Shown here piece by piece: positions 46,896-51,081 of a stretch of 51,081 nt of DNA. A model generated the notes under the pieces. That model was not told the DNA's origin, did no database searches, and saw only the letters and a program-made list of their open reading frames with translations. Every line of letters starts with the position of its first letter. The first letter of the stretch is position 1. The stretch covers positions 1 to 51,081 of the forward strand of contig JACRDE010000622.1 in NCBI GenBank assembly GCA_016212935.1. The letters are read 5' to 3'. The stretch is from Desulfomonile tiedjei (GTDB lineage: Bacteria > Desulfobacterota > Desulfomonilia > Desulfomonilales > Desulfomonilaceae). Made by a program: the position numbers and the translations under genes.

Positions 46896-47570
46896 CTATC
46901 TGTGCCTAGTGACTCCCACCTGTTGGTAGTACGGCTCTATAGCGCATTTCGAGCAAAAAGGTGAAATGGGACGGCAAATATTCTGTCCCCATGTGACCAG
47001 GAGGTCGTTGTATTCTATCCAGTATTCCTTCGGAAGTTTATTTCGCAGTGTGGTCTCAGTCTGCTCGGGGGTCTTGGTGCTCACGTATCCCAACCGGTTG
47101 CTAACTCTGTGAACATGGGTATCAACACATATTCCGGGAATATTGAAGCCCAGGGTTATGACCAGATTCGCCGTCTTTCTGCCCACACCCTTTAGTTTGA
47201 GCAATTCATCGAGATCGTCCGGAACCTTGCCGCCGTACTTGTCCAAAAGATCTCGGCAAACTTGTCTCAAAGTGCGGGCCTTGGTCCTGTAAAACCCCAC
47301 CGGAAAGATCATCTTAGAGATATCTTCTTCGGAAAGCGCAGCAAGTTCAGCAGGCGCTGCGGCAACTGACAAGAGCCGCCGAGAAGCTTCCCGCGTTACC
47401 TGATCCTTCGTGCGCAACGAGAGGATGGTGCTCACCAGGACGTCAAAAGGATCGCGCCTCTTTCGGGAGATCTCGGTCACAATCGGAACCTCCAGGTTCC
47501 GGACCTCTCTTCTGAGTGTCTCCACTATCTTATCTATATCAGGGATCTTGGTTACGGCGACTGCTTTCAA
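46896..47570 (-). CDS. nth: Endonuclease III (HhH-GPD glycosylase)
   Basis: 'LVSTILS', HhH 'LKGVGRKTAN', 'VDTHVHR', Fe-S motif C-x6-C-x2-C-x5-(Y). Confidence 0.93.
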   Translation of the reverse strand: MKAVAVTKIPDIDKIVETLRREVRNLEVPIVTEISRKRRDPFDVLVSTILSLRTKDQVTREASRRLLSVAAAPAELAALSEEDISKMIFPVGFYRTKARTLRQVCRDLLDKYGGKVPDDLDELLKLKGVGRKTANLVITLGFNIPGICVDTHVHRVSNRLGYVSTKTPEQTETTLRNKLPKEYWIEYNDLLVTWGQNICRPISPFCSKCAIEPYYQQVGVTRHR

Positions 47571-48532
47571 TAACGGATCCCCACTCGCTCTCTGACCAGT
47601 TCAATCGTCGGCTTTGCTATATTCCTGGCTTTTTCCGCGCCCGTGCGGAGAATCTGCTTTATTTGCTCGGGGTCGTTCATGAGCGTCTCGCGCTTTTCTC
47701 TTGGTCCGCGGAAATAATCCCACAGAATTGCCGCAAGCTCTTTCTTTATGGTCCCGTACGCGGCCCCACCTTCCAAGTACAGGCGGCGAACTTCAGCCAC
47801 CCTATCCTGTGGAGCGAAATGGCGGTAAATCTGGAACAGATTGCAGGTCTCGGGGTTTTTCGGCTGGTCCACCGGGACGGAGTCCGTCATTATGCCCATG
47901 ACCTTTTTTCTCAGGGTCTTTTCGTCCAAAAAGATTTCTATCGTATTGTCATAAGACTTGGACATCTTCTGCCCGTCGACGCCCGGAATTGTGGCTATTT
48001 CGTCGCTAATTTCGCCCTCAGGGATTACGAAGGTCTCGCCATAAGTGTTGTTGAATTTGATTGCTATATCCCTGGTGACCTCAATGTGCTGTTTCTGGTC
48101 TTTGCCCACCGGCACCAGGTTCGACTGATAGAGCAGGATATCCGCTGCCATCAGCACCGGGTAAGCGAAGAGTCCGTGATTAGGCGAGATTCCTTTGGCG
48201 ATTTTGTCCTTGTACGAATGGCATCGTTCCAGAAGTCCCATCGGCGTGATGCAAGTAAGTATCCAAGCCAATTCAACTACTTCCGGAACATCGGATTGGA
48301 CCCAGAAAACGCATCGATCCGGGTCAAGCCCCAGTGCCAGGAAATCCGCGGCAGCTTCCAAAGTGCCCCGCGAGAGCTTCTCCGAATCCGTAACGCTTGT
48401 CAGTGCGTGGAAATTCACGACAAAAACGAAGAGTTCGGAGCGGTCCATATATGAAATCATCGGCCTCATCATTCCCAGATAATTGCCGAGATGGAGTGAT
48501 CCGGTGGGCTGGATGCCTGACAAAACTCTCAA
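47567..48532 (-). CDS. trpS: Tryptophanyl-tRNA synthetase
   Basis: 'SGIQPTG.LHLGN', 'YPVLMAADIL', 'VPVGKDQ', KMSKS; AAGGAG before TTG 48532. Confidence 0.95.
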   Translation of the reverse strand: MRVLSGIQPTGSLHLGNYLGMMRPMISYMDRSELFVFVVNFHALTSVTDSEKLSRGTLEAAADFLALGLDPDRCVFWVQSDVPEVVELAWILTCITPMGLLERCHSYKDKIAKGISPNHGLFAYPVLMAADILLYQSNLVPVGKDQKQHIEVTRDIAIKFNNTYGETFVIPEGEISDEIATIPGVDGQKMSKSYDNTIEIFLDEKTLRKKVMGIMTDSVPVDQPKNPETCNLFQIYRHFAPQDRVAEVRRLYLEGGAAYGTIKKELAAILWDYFRGPREKRETLMNDPEQIKQILRTGAEKARNIAKPTIELVRERVGIRY

Positions 48533-48823
48533 GAGAGTGACTCCTTTCGCTAAACAGGCTGCGCTTCCTGCTGTCGCCACGGCTGTTGCGCAGCGCACTT
48601 GTGAGACAGGGGCATTGCTCCCCAATCGAGTAAAATGCACTAGTTTGGGTACACGGTCAACCTTTAGAGTGAAAAGAAAGTAACCCTGACAGCCCCCCCC
48701 ACACAACCGAACCATTACTCAGCTCAATGGCATTTTCGTGCAAAAGAGGTTCTCTGGAAGGCTATCATGGGTTATGATGCCCTCCGCGTCTTCTCAGTCT
48801 TTTCCCCGGAATCTTGGATTCAC

Positions 48824-49876
48824 ATGGTTACACGTGATCGCATTCTGACTTGCCTCGCAGCGGCTGGGTTCCTTGTTTTTCTGTGGTACGCGGACAGCAA
48901 CTTCAGCGAATATTCCATTAGAATACTTAACAACATAGCTATATTCATAGTGGTTGCGGTGAGTTACAATCTGATCAACGGAATTACGGGGCAGTTTTCG
49001 CTTCAACCAAATGCGTTCCTGGCTGTGGGCGCATACACGGCGGCAATTCTTACCTTGACCCCCGAAGAAAAGCTCCGCAGCTTTATTCTGGAGCCGCTCA
49101 TTTGGCCGCTCTCCGATATAAGTCTGTCGTTTCCGGTTTCCCTGCTCGCTGCGGGTGTTGTAACCGCTCTTGTCGCGTTTCTGTTGGCTGTGCCAGTTTT
49201 TAGAGTTCGCGGGGATTATCTGGCCATAGTAACGCTCGGCTTCGGTGAGGTGCTTCAGGTAATAGCAAACAACCTCGTTCCCGTGACCAACGGTCCGTTG
49301 GGGCTCAAGGGCCTGACGCCGTACACGAATCTCTGGTGGAGCTGGGGAATCTGTATTCTCACAATATTTTGCACTGTTCGATTGGTGAACTCTTCTTACG
49401 GCCGAGCTATGAAAGCGATTCGCGAAGACGAAACTGCCGCTCAGGCGATGGGAATAGACGCTTTCCGGACCAAGACTCTTGCTTTTGTTTTCAGTGCCTT
49501 TTTCGAGGGAATTGCGGGGGGGCTCCTGGCCCACCTTATAACCACCATTTCTCCGTCTCTCTTCACTTTCATGTTAACGTTCAACCTTCTTATAATGATC
49601 GTTATCGGCGGTCTCGGGAGCACCACTGGAGCGGTGATCGGAGCCGCTCTCATAACGTGGGGCGGTGAGGTGCTGAGGTTCGTTGAAGAACCGATATCAC
49701 TGTTCGGGTACTACTACGAAGGCATCCCGGGAATGCGCATGGTAATATTTTCGGCTCTGCTCATATTTGTGATGCTTTTCGCCAGGAGCGGGATAATGGG
49801 ACGTAACGAATTCTCCTGGCAATCGTTGATAGACCTTGTGAACAAGGTGGTCGGCCGTTTGCGAGGAGGGGCATGA
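48824..49876 (+). CDS. livM: Branched-chain amino acid ABC permease (LivM-like)
   Basis: 'NLINGITGQFSL', 'RVRGDYLAIVTLGFGE', 'AIREDETAAQAMGI', 'IGGLGS'. Confidence 0.9.
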   Translation: MVTRDRILTCLAAAGFLVFLWYADSNFSEYSIRILNNIAIFIVVAVSYNLINGITGQFSLQPNAFLAVGAYTAAILTLTPEEKLRSFILEPLIWPLSDISLSFPVSLLAAGVVTALVAFLLAVPVFRVRGDYLAIVTLGFGEVLQVIANNLVPVTNGPLGLKGLTPYTNLWWSWGICILTIFCTVRLVNSSYGRAMKAIREDETAAQAMGIDAFRTKTLAFVFSAFFEGIAGGLLAHLITTISPSLFTFMLTFNLLIMIVIGGLGSTTGAVIGAALITWGGEVLRFVEEPISLFGYYYEGIPGMRMVIFSALLIFVMLFARSGIMGRNEFSWQSLIDLVNKVVGRLRGGA

Positions 49877-50640
49877 AGATCCCGCTCCTAAACGCTGAAA
49901 AGCTTTCGGTGGTGTTCGGTGGACTATCCGCGTTGAACGGGCTGGATTTTCAGATTCCCGTAGGCGAAATAGTCGGCCTCATAGGCCCCAATGGAGCAGG
50001 CAAGACCACCGCGTTCAACGCCATAACAGGCATAGCGAAAGTCACGCGTGGCAGAGTGCTCTTCGAGGGACGTGACATCACCGGATGGCCCACTTCCAAA
50101 GTTGCGAGGACCGGAATCGCCAGGACTTTTCAGAATATACGGCTTTACGAGGACCTGACCGTGATCGAAAACGTGATGGTAGCATCGCATACGTCCGTCA
50201 GGTACAGTCCAGTCGAAGCGATCCTCGGTATCGGGCGAGTCTACGCTGATGAACGCAGGATCAGGCATCGAGCTGAGTCTCTGCTGGAAACAATGGGCTT
50301 GATAGACACCGCCGGTGACAAGGCAGGATCACTTCCGTACGGCAGTCAACGAAAACTCGAAGTGGCCAGAGCCCTCGCTCTTGAACCGGCACTCCTGCTC
50401 CTGGACGAACCCGTCGCAGGTATGAATCCAAGAGAAACAATAGAATTCGGGGCACTTCTCAGGAAAATAAGAAAAGATCTCAATTTGACAATTGGGCTCA
50501 TAGAACACGACATGGGTTTCGTCATGGATATTTGTACGAGAATACGGGTGATCGACCACGGGATCCCCATTGCATGGGGCACTCCCAAAGAAATCCAGAA
50601 CGATCCCAAGGTAATAGCAGCGTATCTGGGCGAAGGGTGA
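49873..50640 (+). CDS. livG: Branched-chain amino acid ABC ATPase (LivG-like)
   Basis: 'GPNGAGKT', 'RTFQNIRL', 'LPYG.QRKLE', 'IEHDM', 'AYLG'. Confidence 0.92.
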   Translation: MKIPLLNAEKLSVVFGGLSALNGLDFQIPVGEIVGLIGPNGAGKTTAFNAITGIAKVTRGRVLFEGRDITGWPTSKVARTGIARTFQNIRLYEDLTVIENVMVASHTSVRYSPVEAILGIGRVYADERRIRHRAESLLETMGLIDTAGDKAGSLPYGSQRKLEVARALALEPALLLLDEPVAGMNPRETIEFGALLRKIRKDLNLTIGLIEHDMGFVMDICTRIRVIDHGIPIAWGTPKEIQNDPKVIAAYLGEG

Positions 50641-50657
50641 CAGGCGTTTAAGAAACC

Positions 50658-51081
50658 ATGCTGGAAATCCGGAACTTACATGTCAAGTACGGCGGAATTC
50701 ACGCTCTTAAGGGCATTTCTTTGAACGTCGAAGAAAAACGGATTGTGAGTCTCCTGGGAGCCAACGGAGCAGGAAAAAGCACGACGGTGAGAGCGGTTTC
50801 CGGCATAGTTTCAATCAGTTCGGGAGAAATAACCTTCCAGGGTTCCCCTATTTCCAGAACCCCTGCTCATGCGATCCAAAGGCTAGGACTCGTGCACATT
50901 CCCGAGGGCCGAAAGATCTTTGCTAATCTTACTGTTCGCGAAAACCTCATCATGGGGGCCTATAACAACAACCACAAAGCAGACGTTGCCAAATCCATGG
51001 GCACGGTGGTAGACGCTTTCCCTGTGCTGGCTTCCAGAATCGAACAACTGGGAGGGACTCTCTCCGGAGGCGAACAGCAGA
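50658..51081 (+). CDS. livF: Branched-chain amino acid ABC ATPase (LivF-like), truncated by window end
   Basis: MLEIRNLHVKYGGIHALKGISL...GANGAGKST...PEGRKIF...LSGGEQQ. Confidence 0.9.
   Translation, partial: MLEIRNLHVKYGGIHALKGISLNVEEKRIVSLLGANGAGKSTTVRAVSGIVSISSGEITFQGSPISRTPAHAIQRLGLVHIPEGRKIFANLTVRENLIMGAYNNNHKADVAKSMGTVVDAFPVLASRIEQLGGTLSGGEQQ

Noticed and set aside
47516-48454. 312-aa plus-strand ORF
   Set aside because: Antisense shadow of trpS
48533-48715. T-box or TrpR operator upstream of trpS; long N-terminal extension in the ORF track
   Set aside because: No T-box GGTGG(A/T)ACC motif; the AACTAGT half-site lacks a correctly spaced partner; an SD supports the TTG at 48532
1-51081. 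CRISPR array, tRNA/rRNA, transposase, Sec read-through
   Set aside because: Repeats are dispersed rather than regularly spaced; no cloverleaf or rRNA-like tracts, DDE ORFs or in-frame TGA at Cys-motif positions were noticed by eye

Overview
Chromosomal window of an anaerobic Deltaproteobacterium-like organism (Desulfomonile-like is my inference from gene content and style; not verified). 1-13.5 kb is a co-oriented soft-metal island: an HMA/SurA-like fusion (5' truncated), DUF2318, a MacB/FtsX-type ABC pair, a secreted Cys-cluster protein, a Cys/His leader-type ORF, CusB and CusA (Cu(I)/Ag(I) Met triad intact, no CusC/CusF), two NosL-family proteins and a Cache-HAMP class III cyclase whose specificity residues look guanylate-cyclase-like. 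Then come a NADAR fusion, TetR, a membrane-fused spermidine synthase-like gene, a 40-aa Cys-rich mini-ORF, thiolase plus hotdog thioesterase, MFS with a three-subunit xanthine dehydrogenase-family enzyme, and an orphan 1716-aa PilY1 adhesin with a small partner. A complete trpEGDCFBA operon is preceded by a 5-Trp leader peptide and attenuator that the ORF track misses. The window ends with acyltransferase-rtcB-PAP2-archease-gyrA, nth, trpS and livM-livG-livF (truncated). A palindromic MITE family occurs about five times. Two copies sit on TGA stop codons with 3-bp duplications, and one of these is an in-frame 75-codon insertion in the PAP2 gene. No tRNA, rRNA, CRISPR or transposase was seen. 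All family calls come from motif recognition by eye, not database searches.
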